DNA of 63,191 bases, filler included, from Rhabdomonas costata (GCA_019059605.1; 47 parts of 47 records of this genome joined end to end with filler, not necessarily neighbours in it); one strand, 5' to 3'. Numbered from the whole stretch's first letter, positions 1 through 11,953 are shown. Notes: generated by a model not told the origin, from the letters alone. A program made the numbers and translations.

Positions 1-871
1 GGGTGGTTTTGTAAATCTCCACCGCGCCGATCACCAGGTCACCAAAAAGCCCTCCCACGACGATGATCTCGTCCCCAATGGCCTGTGCGGTTCAGAAATA
101 AAGGAAAGCACACCTCATACAACCACCCACCCATTTGGGAACACTAAGGGCGGCCCAGCTCCCGATCGGCAGTGGGGATCACTCTATGCACACAAACCTA
201 AACTGTCACCGTGCATGCAAGCAAAACATGGCGGCCGTACAGCGAGAAAACCACGCGTCCCGATAGTCACATGCGGTGAGAAGAGCGGAAGAGATGCCAT
301 ACGCACCTTCTGCCTGTGTGGTTCCAAACTCGGTTTTTACTCAAGCTTCACATATGCTCATATGTTTTTTGTCTCTCTACCTATTTGAGTCAGAGCAGCG
401 GCTTGCTCCCACCCATATCTCCGCAGAATGACAAAGAAAAAGCACGCCCACCTGAGCCGTGGCTGCGCACCGTGGGGTGGGCATCGGGGGCATCCGGGAC
501 CATGCGCGGGTGCGCAGCGAGAGCTTCAGCACGGTCTGGTCCCTGGAGAACCCCCCCCCCCAACCGGCGGGGTTGCAGTGTGGGAGGTGTAATGTGGGGG
601 AGGGGACTGTTTTCCTGCCCACACTCCCATACTCTCATTCACTGCAGGCCCTCCGGAAGCTCTGGCTTTCGCCGCAGCACTGCGCGCAGCGCAGCGAGGT
701 ACTCCGCGGTGGTGTGCTCGAGCTCAGCCAGGGCGTCTGGGGAGAGCTGCTCCAGGGTACCCACCGAGGGAACCGCCAGGCCGGGCACCTCCCCTTCTCC
801 CCCACCGAGCACAGGGGAGGGCAGGACCCGGGCCTCCGCCACCGCCCCAGCACAGAGGCTGCGGCCTTCAT
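1..871 (-). CDS. Kelch-repeat protein, partial, 3 exons
   Basis: Exons 871-643, 542-452 and 82-1 join in phase through GT-AG introns: ...PEGLQDQTVLKLSLRTRAWSRMPPMPTPRCAATAQAIGDEIIVVGGLFGDLVIGAVEIY, matching the Kelch pattern W..lppMptpR...IiVvGG...veiY. Confidence 0.85.
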
Positions 872-1247
872 CTGTTCATGGGAAAGAGAGTGTGCATTGC
901 AACCAAGCAGAGGAACAAGTAAGGCAGGAAACCTTGGAGAAAGGTATATTTAAAGAGACAGCGACCAAGATGTTAGTCGCTATGAGCAACGCCCAACCCA
1001 CTATGACAATCTCCCCTTAAAAAAAGACCAGTCAATCGCGAACGCAACCAAACAAACCCACCGACTCACTCCCGCGCGGAGGACACAAGAACCCATTTCT
1101 TCAACAAAAAATCAGTTCCACCACTCCTGCAGCGGCAAAATTGAGTACAAGCCCCTAATACACACTATGAGCACATATTCCATACATTTTCTCTTCCAAA
1201 AAAAAGACCCCAACAACAAAACTACCAGTAACGCTAACCCCAAAACC

Positions 1248-1347
1248 NNNNNNNNNNNNNNNNNNNNNNNNNNNNNNNNNNNNNNNNNNNNTTAATTAAT
1301 TAANNNNNNNNNNNNNNNNNNNNNNNNNNNNNNNNNNNNNNNNNNNN
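1248..1347. other. Artificial contig spacer N44-TTAATTAATTAA-N44 (first of 46, recurring about every 1.35 kb)
   Basis: The identical 100-bp linker with six-frame stops recurs through the window and defines 47 contigs of similar length. Confidence 0.99.
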
Positions 1348-1352
1348 TGTGT

Positions 1353-2542
1353 GGTGGGGAAAGTATCTTCGGGGACAAGTTTCCAGGTCATCACCCCCTC
1401 CCCCATCTTGCGCCAATGGCTTTTTTGCGGTGCTTTTGTTCCTTCTTCTGCAATGATGTGAAATGGTGTTTCGACCTTTTGGGATTCGGGAATCGGGTGT
1501 CACGCTGGAGTGGTCGCTGCGATGGTCTTGTTCGTTCATTGCAGACGAGAACTTTACGCTGCGCCACACGGGCCCAGGAATCCTATCCATGGCCAACGCG
1601 GGTACGTGTCGTGCAGCGCGTGGAACACTTTTATCGGTGACGAAAGGATGGCTGATGATTCGCGAATGATGGGAGCCCATTTCTTCGCTGTTGTTGTCGT
1701 GAATTGGTTTGTCTTCTAGGTTCAACTCTCTTTTCTGTTGAAGTTGTTTTCTTGAGAGGAAAATGCTTCTTTTATGGTGATGTGAACCTCATCATTCCAA
1801 TGATAGGCGCCCTCGAAACGTTGACGTGCATTGAGGGTGGAGGGTGGGTGTGCAAGAGAGCAGGGAAGGAGGGCCCAATCTCACCAGAGTCGTTATTCTA
1901 GAGGTCATTTCTTTTGACAGGGGCGAACACCAACAACAGCCAGTTCTTCATCACCTTGGCCGCCACTCCCCATCTTGACCGGTGTGATTACTTCATGTTT
2001 GTGCATGGGGATTTTTGTTCGGCCTTTGGGAAACAATTGCCCTTTCCCAGCCTTGTCAGCTTCTTTCGGTTTTAGGATATGACTGGTTCCTTTTTTTTAG
2101 AGTGCTTTCCTCTAAACCCAACAAATGCGATTCCCTAACTGTCTTGTGAAGGTCGGTGTTTCAACGGTTCTTGTCCTCGCGTTCGAGAATCAAGACAGCT
2201 GTCAGCATCAATACAAAAGTATTCTCACAATTGTATGCAAAGGGGCATTTTGCGCAGATCTCCCGAAACACCGGTAGAAGGACTCTGGTGAAGCACGATT
2301 TTGCAGCAGCAAGGAAGACAAGGGGGGGGGAGGCACTCTTTTTTTTTGCTCACTTTTCCTTTTTTACCTTTACCTTTACCTTTACCTTTGCCTTTGTGCC
2401 ACTTCTGCTATTAGGAAGCACGTCGTGTTTGGGCGAATCATGCGAGGATTTGAGGTTATGAAGGAGCTGGCCAAGGTGCCCACGGACAAGGACGACTTCC
2501 CACAGCAGCCCATCGTGATCTCGAAGTGCGGCCAAGTCAACA
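1353..2542 (+). CDS. Cyclophilin-type peptidyl-prolyl isomerase, partial, 4 exons
   Basis: Exons ~1353-1386, 1545-1601, 1921-1981, 2415-2542, all GT-AG and in phase: GGESIFGDKFPDENFTLRHTGPGILSMANAGANTNNSQFFITLAATPHLDRKHVVFGRIMRGFEVMKELAKVPTDKDDFPQQPIVISKCG. Confidence 0.97.
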
Positions 2543-2948
2543 GTACGTCCTGCGATGTGTGTGTGTGTGAACTTTCACTTGACCACAACACANNNNNNNN
2601 NNNNNNNNNNNNNNNNNNNNNNNNNNNNNNNNNNNNTTAATTAATTAANNNNNNNNNNNNNNNNNNNNNNNNNNNNNNNNNNNNNNNNNNNNGTGTTACA
2701 CGGGGAATTTGGCGTTTCACAGGTTTGTTGGGGACTGGGAGGCCCAGCTGGAGCAGCTGTCGGAACGCCCTGAGCTTCTGCTTCTGCTGGTACTTTTTTA
2801 CATCCATGATTTACGATTATCACCCCCGTTTTTAGCTTTTTAGCTTTTTAACGTTTTTAGCCCTGAGTGAATGTTTATACGAGCGTGTTAGTTCGTGAGC
2901 TTCTTTGAGTATTGTGCCTGTGTGCCTGTATGTGTGTGTGCGCCACAG

Positions 2949-3058
2949 GTGTCCCCTCCAGGGGCGGGTAAGACTCACCTCGTGGAGACCGTCATCATGG
3001 CTCGGGCCGAGCACAACGGGCGATACACGCAGCGCATCGACTGCAGCAACGACGAGCT

Positions 3059-3108
<50 letters not shown>

Positions 3109-3826
3109 GATAATGATGGCCTGAGGGTCCCAGGCAGGGGAAGGGTCGAGGAGAGGTCACTGAGCGATAAGCTGACTGGACGAGCGCAGTGAGTTGAATC
3201 TCCCCAAATATTCGCGGTTTATTGCGCCAGTGAGGTTTCCTAAGTACCTTTGTTTAGCAGTGGAGGAAGAGGTGATCATTCTCTTCCAAACAGCGGCCAC
3301 GAAGGCGTAAGAATCCAACACAAGCCGCATGGAGAAGAATTACAAACGAACTTGTGCCTTGTACATATACAGTATATGGGGGCGTGTTGACCATCTCAGC
3401 TGTGTGTATTTTCTCATGTTGCAAAAGAAATTTTCTGCTCTGGTCCAGACGCCGAGCTTCGGGCACCGTCAGCCTACCGGTACCCTACGAGCCTTCGGTT
3501 TGGCTCGATCATTGCACTTCTCTCCGCTTAGATGCCCCTAGATGCACATAGACGTCCTGTTTTATCTCTGTGTCAGCTATGTGGGCTGTGTGAACGCGAA
3601 CTCGGTTGGTGGAGGATTAACTCCCCATGCCTAGCAATCCCAGCCTTACTCTCGCCTCCATTACCGCTGTATCTATCAGGTGGAGCTCAGCCTGACTTAC
3701 ATTCTGAGCCGGAAGTTCCCACGGGAGAGCAAGGCCCTGCTAGTGGCCGACGAATACCACATGCTGGACGTTGCAGCGAAGGAGGAGCTGTTGCGGTGGT
3801 GCACGGAGAGACAACACTGGCTGCAG
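2949..3826 (+). CDS. P-loop NTPase (AAA+-like), partial, 2 exons
   Basis: Exon 2949-3059 has Walker A SPPGAGKT; exon 3680-3826 has Walker B LLVADEYHML; phase-0 GT-AG intron between them. Confidence 0.8.
3060..3106 (+). repeat. (GT)n microsatellite starting at the splice donor
   Basis: Pure GT run directly after GAC GAG CTG. Confidence 0.95.
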
Positions 3827-5581
3827 GCCTCCTCCTCCTCCTCCCCACCTGCCGGCACCCTACCTGCTTTTCGGTGTTTACCATTAAGTATGGTGGGGGG
3901 AGGCTTGTTTCAGAGGGAGACCCCGTACTTAGCCGCAGCTTTTCCGATAGCCTTNNNNNNNNNNNNNNNNNNNNNNNNNNNNNNNNNNNNNNNNNNNNTT
4001 AATTAATTAANNNNNNNNNNNNNNNNNNNNNNNNNNNNNNNNNNNNNNNNNNNNTTGTGGGGCGCGCCCAGCCACGGCCGCCCCATTCCCCATCAACCTC
4101 AGCTGTGCGAGCGTCGGAAACTGCCGGCGGCTGCGCCCACTCTGGATAGGACTCCGCCCGTGAAGGCGAAGACCTAGGAGGCACTCCTACCACCTCCCCC
4201 ACCTTTTTTTTTGATGCTTTGGAAGCTGCCTGGTTCAGGTCAGGGGGGAAAGGATTGAGTGAGTGTTGGATGGTTAAGCCTCGACCTCTCCTTTCCTTTT
4301 GTTTTGTGTTTGCCATACCTTGATCCACTGAGTACCTCAAGCACATGTTTCGGGTGTCGAAACTTTGTCCCAGCGCCAAATATCCTGTGGACTCACTCTT
4401 TCTTTTTGGCGTCAATGTCACGGGTTTTCTGAAATGGATGAGGTTGATTCTTTCCCTCCTGTGCCTACGCAGACCGTCGGCGTCGCCGCCCGGTGCCCCC
4501 ACCCCTTGAGCCCTCCCCTTTGCGGTCCAGCCCCTCAAACACCGCGCTGTCCGGGGTGGGCAGCTGCAGCAGCTTCAGAGGTGTCCCAGGCAGCTCCCCG
4601 CTGTCGGCCACCTCGCAGTCGTCCGATCTCTCCATGCTGTGCGGCAGTTGCTTCTCAACTCCACGCCCGAAGAACGTCCCACAAGGCAGCGAGCAGCTAC
4701 AAGATTAGCTTTGAGTACCGCGTTCTGCCCTCTGGCTGAAATGCTCTTGAGTCATCCATTCCAGCTCCTCTCTCTCAGCTCCTCGGTGTTCCCTTCCATG
4801 ATTTGCCCCTGATACTGATGTGGAGATGGAGTTCAGCTGCATCCAGGGACAGCAAGAAACAGCCCCCTCCCCCCCTCGAAGACGTGCTGGAAAGTTGTTT
4901 AAACTTATACCCACCTCCTGCTTTGGGGTGCAAATGTGTGCGGAAAAGCGGGCATGTCAGTTTGCAGGAACCGGGTGGCCGTTCATAGTGCAGAAGAAAA
5001 GCTGGAATCCCGATTTAGCAAAATCCGGGCTTGACATTCAAACTTCGACCTCAGTGCTCAGGGCGGCTCTGGAAGCGGACCCTGGGAATGCTCTACATAG
5101 TCTTTCTCCGCTATTTTTTTCTCGCGTTGCAACTTTGGATAGCCGTATGCGCTTCTGCATTGAACCTTTGTGGCGTCCACAAAAACTACTCCTTTGCCAC
5201 TCTCTCATTTGTCCTCACTCTCTTCAGGCACCCGCGTCTCACCCACACCCACATGCAATTCCTCTCTATACGGGGTTCTTTTAATCACCTCCACCACAAA
5301 CNNNNNNNNNNNNNNNNNNNNNNNNNNNNNNNNNNNNNNNNNNNNTTAATTAATTAANNNNNNNNNNNNNNNNNNNNNNNNNNNNNNNNNNNNNNNNNNN
5401 NAAATGCATGCCCGTGCGGAAGGTACCGAGGAAAAGAGAAGTTCAGAGCAAAGCCGGGAAGAGGAAGCGAAGTCAAGCAAACCGAAGAAGAAGGAGAAGG
5501 GAAACAAAAAACGGAAGAGCCCTGGGGACCGACTCCCACCCTTCCGCGCTCAGCCCATCGCAACAGTGCCCACACCCACAC

Positions 5582-5994
5582 CTGCCCTCTGTCCGGGGCT
5601 CTTCGTTAGGGGCCTTAGCATAGCTCGAGCCGGGAGCCCCGGGGGCGGCAGGCCCCCCGTCCTGCATTGACGCCATCGTGCGCTGCATAAAGAAGTCCAC
5701 CACCTGCTGAGCAGGGCCCTCGCTTCCAGGCTCGGGCTCCCGGACCACCCGGACATTCTCCCGGGGCAGGAAGGGGGAGACTACCGCACGGGTCTCCCAG
5801 TCAACAACCTCCGAGGAAGAGGAGGACGAAGCCGACGAGGATGCACCTTGGGTGCCGGAGTCGTAAGCAGTTGTGGTGGTGTTTGAAGACGAACCACTAG
5901 CGGAGAAGGGTCTGTGAGCAAGTCCCACGAGAGGACGCCACCGAGAGAAACCCCGGGCAAGGGCGGTGGCTGCGGTCACGCTAGGCCTCAGCAT
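5582..5994 (-). CDS. First exon of a probable mitochondrion-targeted protein
   Basis: MLRPSVTAATALARGFSRWRPLVGLAHRPFSAS is Arg/Ala/Leu/Ser-rich, lacks acidic residues and has an R-x-F-S motif; donor CAG|GTGTGG at 5581. Confidence 0.6.
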
Positions 5995-8864
5995 AATGGG
6001 GCTGACTGCTGCGGACCAAGGAAGACCCAAACCAAACCCCAGCCACGCAAAACCAGTCACTGAGAACAGGAAAACAAAAAAAGCCTGGGCTGCTTGTCTG
6101 TACAAAAGGGGATGGAATTGAACAGGTCTGGTAATTGCTTACCCTGCTTGGGTGATCGGTGACGCTGGCTCGAAGACGGGGTGTGCGGCACGTTGACCAC
6201 TAACTTCACAAGTCTGTGGTGATTAGTTGCCCAGGCTGAGGACGAGCTAAATCGGATAGCGGCAACCCGCGCACCAGCAGTGTACCAGAAAAGACCTCGT
6301 TTATTCGCAGTTCAGTGGTGAACGCAACAGGTGGAAAAAAGTTAGAAATGTCATATGCAAACATCACAGTACCTTTCTGGTTTGACGTCCGTTGAAATCT
6401 GGAGGGGGGGCGATCGACCGCTCTAAAGCGACTTCTTGAGCCACCAAAATCACCGAACTAATTGCAGTAAAGCACTCCCCTCCATCTATTCCCGGCTCGA
6501 ACACCCGCCGCTGTTATTGCGCCTGTGCCGAGTTTCTAATTCGACCTTCACTGCATTTTGGTGTCTTTTTAGTTTCTTAGTTTCTCCCCCCCCCCCTCTC
6601 TTTTCCCGAACACTTGTCCATCTTTGTGCCAACGTCGTTACCACAACCCNNNNNNNNNNNNNNNNNNNNNNNNNNNNNNNNNNNNNNNNNNNNTTAATTA
6701 ATTAANNNNNNNNNNNNNNNNNNNNNNNNNNNNNNNNNNNNNNNNNNNNGGTGGGGGTTACCTTGCACCAAGCTGCAATTCTCAGCACGGTAGTCTCCCG
6801 ACCTGACAATTGCAGCTTGGTGCAAGGTAGCCCCTCCAATCAATGCGTCCCCAGGCCCTTGGAAATGTGGTTAATCCAATAAGTTGCCAGCAAATCATTT
6901 CCCCAACCGGCCAGTCTGCTTCCCGTGCCAGGTACTGCATTGTCCGCTTCAGCTCTGGCTCCGGTCGGGCTGCCTGATATGGGAAGTCACTGGGCGAAAT
7001 GGGTCAACAACTCAGTCGAAGTATGTGGTCTTAACTCTCGCCCTTCCCGAAAGAGGACAATGGGTGCTGCTGGAAAACTCTCTATGAAAAATGCAATCGT
7101 GCACGATGTGACTGGATATGCCCACTATCCACAGTGTATTTTGCAGTGGGGAGCTAAGCGTAACCAAATCCCAATCCAGCCACCCCACACTGCGACCTGA
7201 ACCTCTTATACTTTTTACAGCAATTGGTTTGGTTGACAGGGACAGTGTCTTACGTGAAAACTGAAAGGAACCATTAAAACTGAAACAGAAATGCTTCTGT
7301 TGTGTATTCCGAAACTCACAGTGGCTGCTATGGAAATTTTTTTTCGGGGGGGATAATCAAGCACCTTTTTAACCCATCTTGCACATAATCCCCCTTAATG
7401 TACCCATGTGTTATAGTGAAAGTCGTTCATTTTGTGAGAGGAGGTGACGTTTTCATCCTCTGAATTCCTGCTGTGCCACTTAGGTGGAGAGTATGGGGTA
7501 ATTACGCAACTTGCACTGGGTTCAAACCTCTTCAGAAGAAATATTTTGGTGCCCGGGTTTTTCTATTCCCTTTTGGTGTGTGTATTGGCTCGCTGCGCCA
7601 GTGCAGGGACCAGCGTGCTCAAGCGCTCCTTTGGGACTAAACTTTCTAGTGCGTGGACAGGGGTTTCAAAATATTTATAATCATGAATAAATCCAAATAA
7701 AAATCCAGCAAATCAAAAATTTTTCGTCCATTTTTGATTTAATTCACCGCCGTGTCCGCGTGCGGAGGTACCGTTGCGGGGTAGGAGGGGGGGCGATGCA
7801 AAGGGACTTTGAGGCGAAAGTTTTGGATGGAGGACCCTCCCCATTGCCATTTATATTAGCATTTCGTGCATTTATAATCAGTCGCGTTTTTGTGTGACAT
7901 AAACGCTTTGATGGTTGGGTTCGGTTGGGTTCGGTTTGTGTCGAGTACCCCAAGGAGCGTCGGCGCGAGCCTTGGGGTACTCGACACAAACCACACNNNN
8001 NNNNNNNNNNNNNNNNNNNNNNNNNNNNNNNNNNNNNNNNTTAATTAATTAANNNNNNNNNNNNNNNNNNNNNNNNNNNNNNNNNNNNNNNNNNNNTGTG
8101 GTTGGGTCTTTCTCTCCCTTACTTTCGATGTGTTGTGCGTTCTCTGGTTATTTTTGACGGCAATGACCAAGTCTGGGATGGCTCACCGCCAGGGCACGCC
8201 CGCACAAACGGGGTGCAGTTGTTTAGGCAAATAAATTACACGTGGACGACGGGAAGATGCAAAGCAGAAGGGGTGTGAGGGTGGGATAGGAGTCAACGCA
8301 CCTTACAGAATTTCAGGGGAAAACGATACATTCATGTCCGCACAGACGGGATGCCAATAGTTTTCAACATCCCGCGTCCCGCGTCGGGCGCAATAAAACA
8401 ATTTTATCAAGGCTAGGGAAGGGAAACCGAAAACGCGTGGTTAAGGGAGAAGGGTTATATCATGCGGCGCTGCTAATGTTTCACCTATCTGCGGGTACTC
8501 ACCCATCCACCAACCCGCCGACCCAGACACACGCACACCTGTAACAGTCCTTTTGTTTCGCTTTGGAGCAGTGACTGGAGGGATGGGTACGAAGATTAGC
8601 GGATCTTTCTTCCTCGTCTATCGTCGATGTGTTGTGCGCTCTTTGGTTATTTTTGACGGCAATGACCAACTCTTGAGCACTCGCCGATGGGGGAAACTTT
8701 AGTGGCGGCGCGTGATATATAATGTTTTCCTTGGGCGTCGTCAGAGAAACATCCGTGAACGTAAAACTGAGGATGGTTGAGGCGATCCACACATTTACAC
8801 GTGCATAGGCACCCAGCTTTTTGGTTTTGAGAGGCGGGTATATGCTTTGTCTATCTACACTCAG

Positions 8865-9341
8865 GTGCCGCGGGCTTGGGGGCAGCAGCTAAGGTTTGCG
8901 GAGGGTCCCGAGGCCTTCCCTGCGGAGTTCGACATTGCTGATCCCGAGACACGCCGTGAGATGGTCTACCGTCGCAATACCGCCCCAATCCGCAGCGCCC
9001 GAGTGGATGCCCTGCTGTGCCTCGGCCAGCCTGGCACCACCACAGTGTGCTTTGAGGTGCTCAACAACAGAGGTCCAGGCCTGACCTTTGGGTTGGCTGC
9101 CACAAGGACCTGCGGGGATCTGCGACAACTTACGGACATGCGCCCAGGCAGGGAGAGTCCGTGGTGCCCCGGACTGTGCCTTTGTTTCTGCAACGGTGCA
9201 ATTTTCCACAACGGCACTCGCACCAACATGCCCGGTGTGGCCGCGAATCCCGGGGATCGGGTTGAGATTCGGGTGGACCGCAGCGACCCCAGCGACCCCA
9301 CGGGAGGCACCGTGGCTTTTGCGGTGAACGGGGCCCCACAA
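8865..9341 (+). CDS. SPRY/B30.2- or NHR-like beta-sandwich domain exon, paralog 1 (3' truncated)
   Basis: Acceptor CAG|GTG; VCFEVL..GPGLTFGLA..NPGDRVEIRVDRSD..GGTVAFAVNG; clear paralog at 24536-25102. Confidence 0.75.
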
Positions 9342-10796
9342 CANNNNNNNNNNNNNNNNNNNNNNNNNNNNNNNNNNNNNNNNNNNNTTAATTAATTAAN
9401 NNNNNNNNNNNNNNNNNNNNNNNNNNNNNNNNNNNNNNNNNNNCTGGGCCTGCCCATTCACCACGCCAGTGGCCTCCTCCGAGGTGGTGAAAGCTACTCC
9501 TGCGCCGCCAGGTGCCTGTTTGGCGACCCACATGTGACCTGGCACACGGTGCGTATGGACTGCAGGGTTCTAAAAAAAAACCAGATCCAGAATTTTGTTT
9601 GCCAACTTTCGCGACTGGAACACGGGTGGACTCGGCCTGCATGAATTCCCTCGGAACTGTCTGTGCTTCCCCTGCCAGCATTTCGACCCACGTCCGTGGA
9701 CGTGGAACCAGGCTCTTCTGCAGGCCCGTACGTGATGATTGTTTAAACTAGTTGCTTCATATCAAACGCAAGTCTGATTTTTGACACTTCTTCCCCCGGT
9801 CTCCGCAGTTATTCGAAAAGTCGACTCTCTGGGAGGCCTCTGTGTGAAGGACCTGGAGGAATGCAACAACCACTGCATGGACTACATGACAAACAAGCCC
9901 AACCAGTGCGTACCTTGTCCCACGATTTTGGGAGGAGAGGGGTACATGTGTCCCCTGCTCCAGGAGCCGTCCTCCACCGCAGATGCTCCCGTGTCTCGAG
10001 GTGCCGCTTTTCTATGGCTTTGACTAACACTACTGAGCACTATAATTTCACTGTATTGTACTTCACCGCCATAATTTCATTATGATACAGCGGAGCAGTA
10101 AGACGGGGTTCCAAGGCCAAGGCTGCCCGCAGCTGCGGATGATGTCAAATAAACAAATCTCCAAAAGTGAAAACAGGAAACACGAATTGTATGAATTTTT
10201 TTTTGCACATGTTTAAGAACCCAGTGTAGAGTCCTTCTCCAGGCAGAAAACCCTCATCTCAACCAAGAAAAACTAATTCGCTCTCCACCGAGGTGGTCAA
10301 AGCTTTTCCCGCGTCTGGAGGTGCCGCTCTCATGGCTTATGCTACTGTGTCTCGGAGGGGTAGGTAATAGGTATCGGCGTTGTGTGGAAGTACCCAGACT
10401 GAAGAGCACGGACCCGTGAGCCCGTTTCCGGCGCGTTTCGGGCGCGGAACCGATACCGTCAAAGCCTCACATTAGAATGGTCCCAAGGGATGGTTGCTGT
10501 GCAGAAATTCACCTCTCCCAGCAAACCGCGGTTGCCTGCAAGCCTCAGCCGCGGGAAAAGGGAGCGAGCTTGCTGTGCACACAGTCCTTCTCGGACAGCT
10601 TCGCCTCAGCGGGGTTTGGGCGTGTCAAAGCGAGTCTCCTGTGTGTGTGTGTGTCCTGCAGGCTTTCCCTGCGTGACACACACACACCCCNNNNNNNNNN
10701 NNNNNNNNNNNNNNNNNNNNNNNNNNNNNNNNNNTTAATTAATTAANNNNNNNNNNNNNNNNNNNNNNNNNNNNNNNNNNNNNNNNNNNNGGTTGG

Positions 10797-11509
10797 GGTG
10801 CAGGCCACGGGCACGGCGGGGGTGGAGAAGCGTGTGGACGTCGCCAGCGCCGTCCTTCAGGTCTCTCAGAGTCTCTCAGCCTCCAACTGCACCCCCCCCC
10901 CTCACCTCATTTGTGGTTGTGTGGTGGAACCATTTTCTCTCCGTCCTTCAGGCCCGCGTGCCCGGTTTCGCACCGTGCTAGTCTTCCCTCACCCTCTTTC
11001 CTTCTACTGGGCTTGGTCTTTTTGGTTGGACCGGACCGACGCTTTGCCGAATCGCTTCCCTCCATGGATCATTGACCGCCCATTTTAGCATTTCCAACCA
11101 TTACCATTCACTCTCGCTCTGCTTTGTGCCGAAGCTGCCTTGAGTACAAGTAGGCGGTGCCAGCGACTACCAGCCCTGACTCTGACCAGCCCTAAGCGAA
11201 TTCAAGTCGTCATTCCCCTTTCCTCCTTGCCGTATGCCACCCGGGTCAGAATGTCAGACTGCCCACGGAACACCCACGGACGCACGAAGACAGGTGCAAT
11301 GGAGGCAGCCACACGCGGGTTATAAATACTGTTGCCGTTCGGGTTGTGGGGGGCCTCAGGCGGGGGGCACGGTGTATGACCTGGAGGAGCTGGAGCTGTG
11401 CTACGCCCCGCAGTACGGGGCGGCCAAGGACCCGATCCAGATCGCAGGGATGGTCGCGGCGAACGCACTGCGGCGGATGTGCTCCGTCGTCACCTGGGAG
11501 GAGTACCTG
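10797..11509 (+). CDS. CoA-disulfide reductase / NADH oxidase family flavoprotein, dimerisation domain, 2 exons
   Basis: Exons to 10860 and 11360-11509 give GVQATGTAGVEKRVDVASAVLQAGGTVYDLEELELCYAPQYGAAKDPIQIAGMVAAN, matching the bacterial motif GVDKRID...TVxDLeeLELxYAPxxsxAKDP. Confidence 0.9.
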
Positions 11510-11709
11510 GTGCGCTGACCATGTTGCCTCCTGTGGGCCTGTGTGCGTACATGAATGCATCAGTAATGTAATTCTATACTCTCCGTTTGTGTTGGTGTGT
11601 GCGGGTGATTACTTTGGCCAGTTCTCGGCTCAAATGAAATATGTTTGAGGAGGGCTTTGTATGGGTATTTGAATTCTCATGGGCTGCCGACAGGGCCACC
11701 TCCTAAGCA

Positions 11710-11785
11710 ACACACACACACACTCACTCACTCACTCAATCACTCAATCACTCAATCACTCACTCACCCACACTCACTCACTCAC
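11710..11785 (+). repeat. (CA)n and (CACT/CAAT)n microsatellite
   Basis: Directly visible. Confidence 0.9.
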
Positions 11786-11876
11786 GCAGACAATCGTAGG
11801 TGCACAACCTTTGATACAGCTTTGAGAGAAGGGTAAATTTATATGGCATTACTTTAGAATTGTACCCACGGCCAGG

Positions 11877-11953
11877 AACCCTAACCCTAACCGTATCCCT
11901 AACCGTAACGCTAACGCTAACCCTAACCCTAACCCTAACCCTAACCCTAACCC
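11877..11953 (-). repeat. Interstitial telomere-type (TTAGGG)n array, partly degenerate
   Basis: About 12 CCCTAA units with variants (CCGTAT, CCGTAA, CGCTAA), flanked by unique sequence on both sides. Confidence 0.9.

Noticed and set aside
316..1020. 234-aa plus-strand ORF and similar long track ORFs (e.g. 16807-17478)
   Set aside because: Antisense shadows of GC-rich exons or ORFs running into N spacers; no motifs.
1292..1303. Regularly spaced TTAATTAATTAA repeats resembling a CRISPR-like or PacI array
   Set aside because: Assembly linker embedded in N runs.
6753..6834. About 27-bp inverted repeat, pre-miRNA/MITE-like hairpin
   Set aside because: At a contig start with the mismatch in the G/T-only tip; fits an amplification fold-back.
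7336..7346. ATTTTTTTTCG, like the 3' end of the Euglena spliced leader
   Set aside because: The upstream leader sequence and the following GT donor are absent; low-complexity match.
7933..7996. About 23-bp perfect inverted repeat, terminator-like
   Set aside because: At a contig end adjoining the A/C-only tail; likely a fold-back chimera.
8125..8669. 46-bp direct repeat with 2 mismatches (8125-8170 and 8624-8669)
   Set aside because: Real, but only a local duplication with no LTR or TSD features.
9732..9777. Box C (GTGATGA) and box D (CTGA) snoRNA-like pair
   Set aside because: Only 46 nt, no rRNA guide recognised, no terminal stem.
10389..10430. CTGAAGAG plus stem, hammerhead-like
   Set aside because: No GAAA after the putative stem II.
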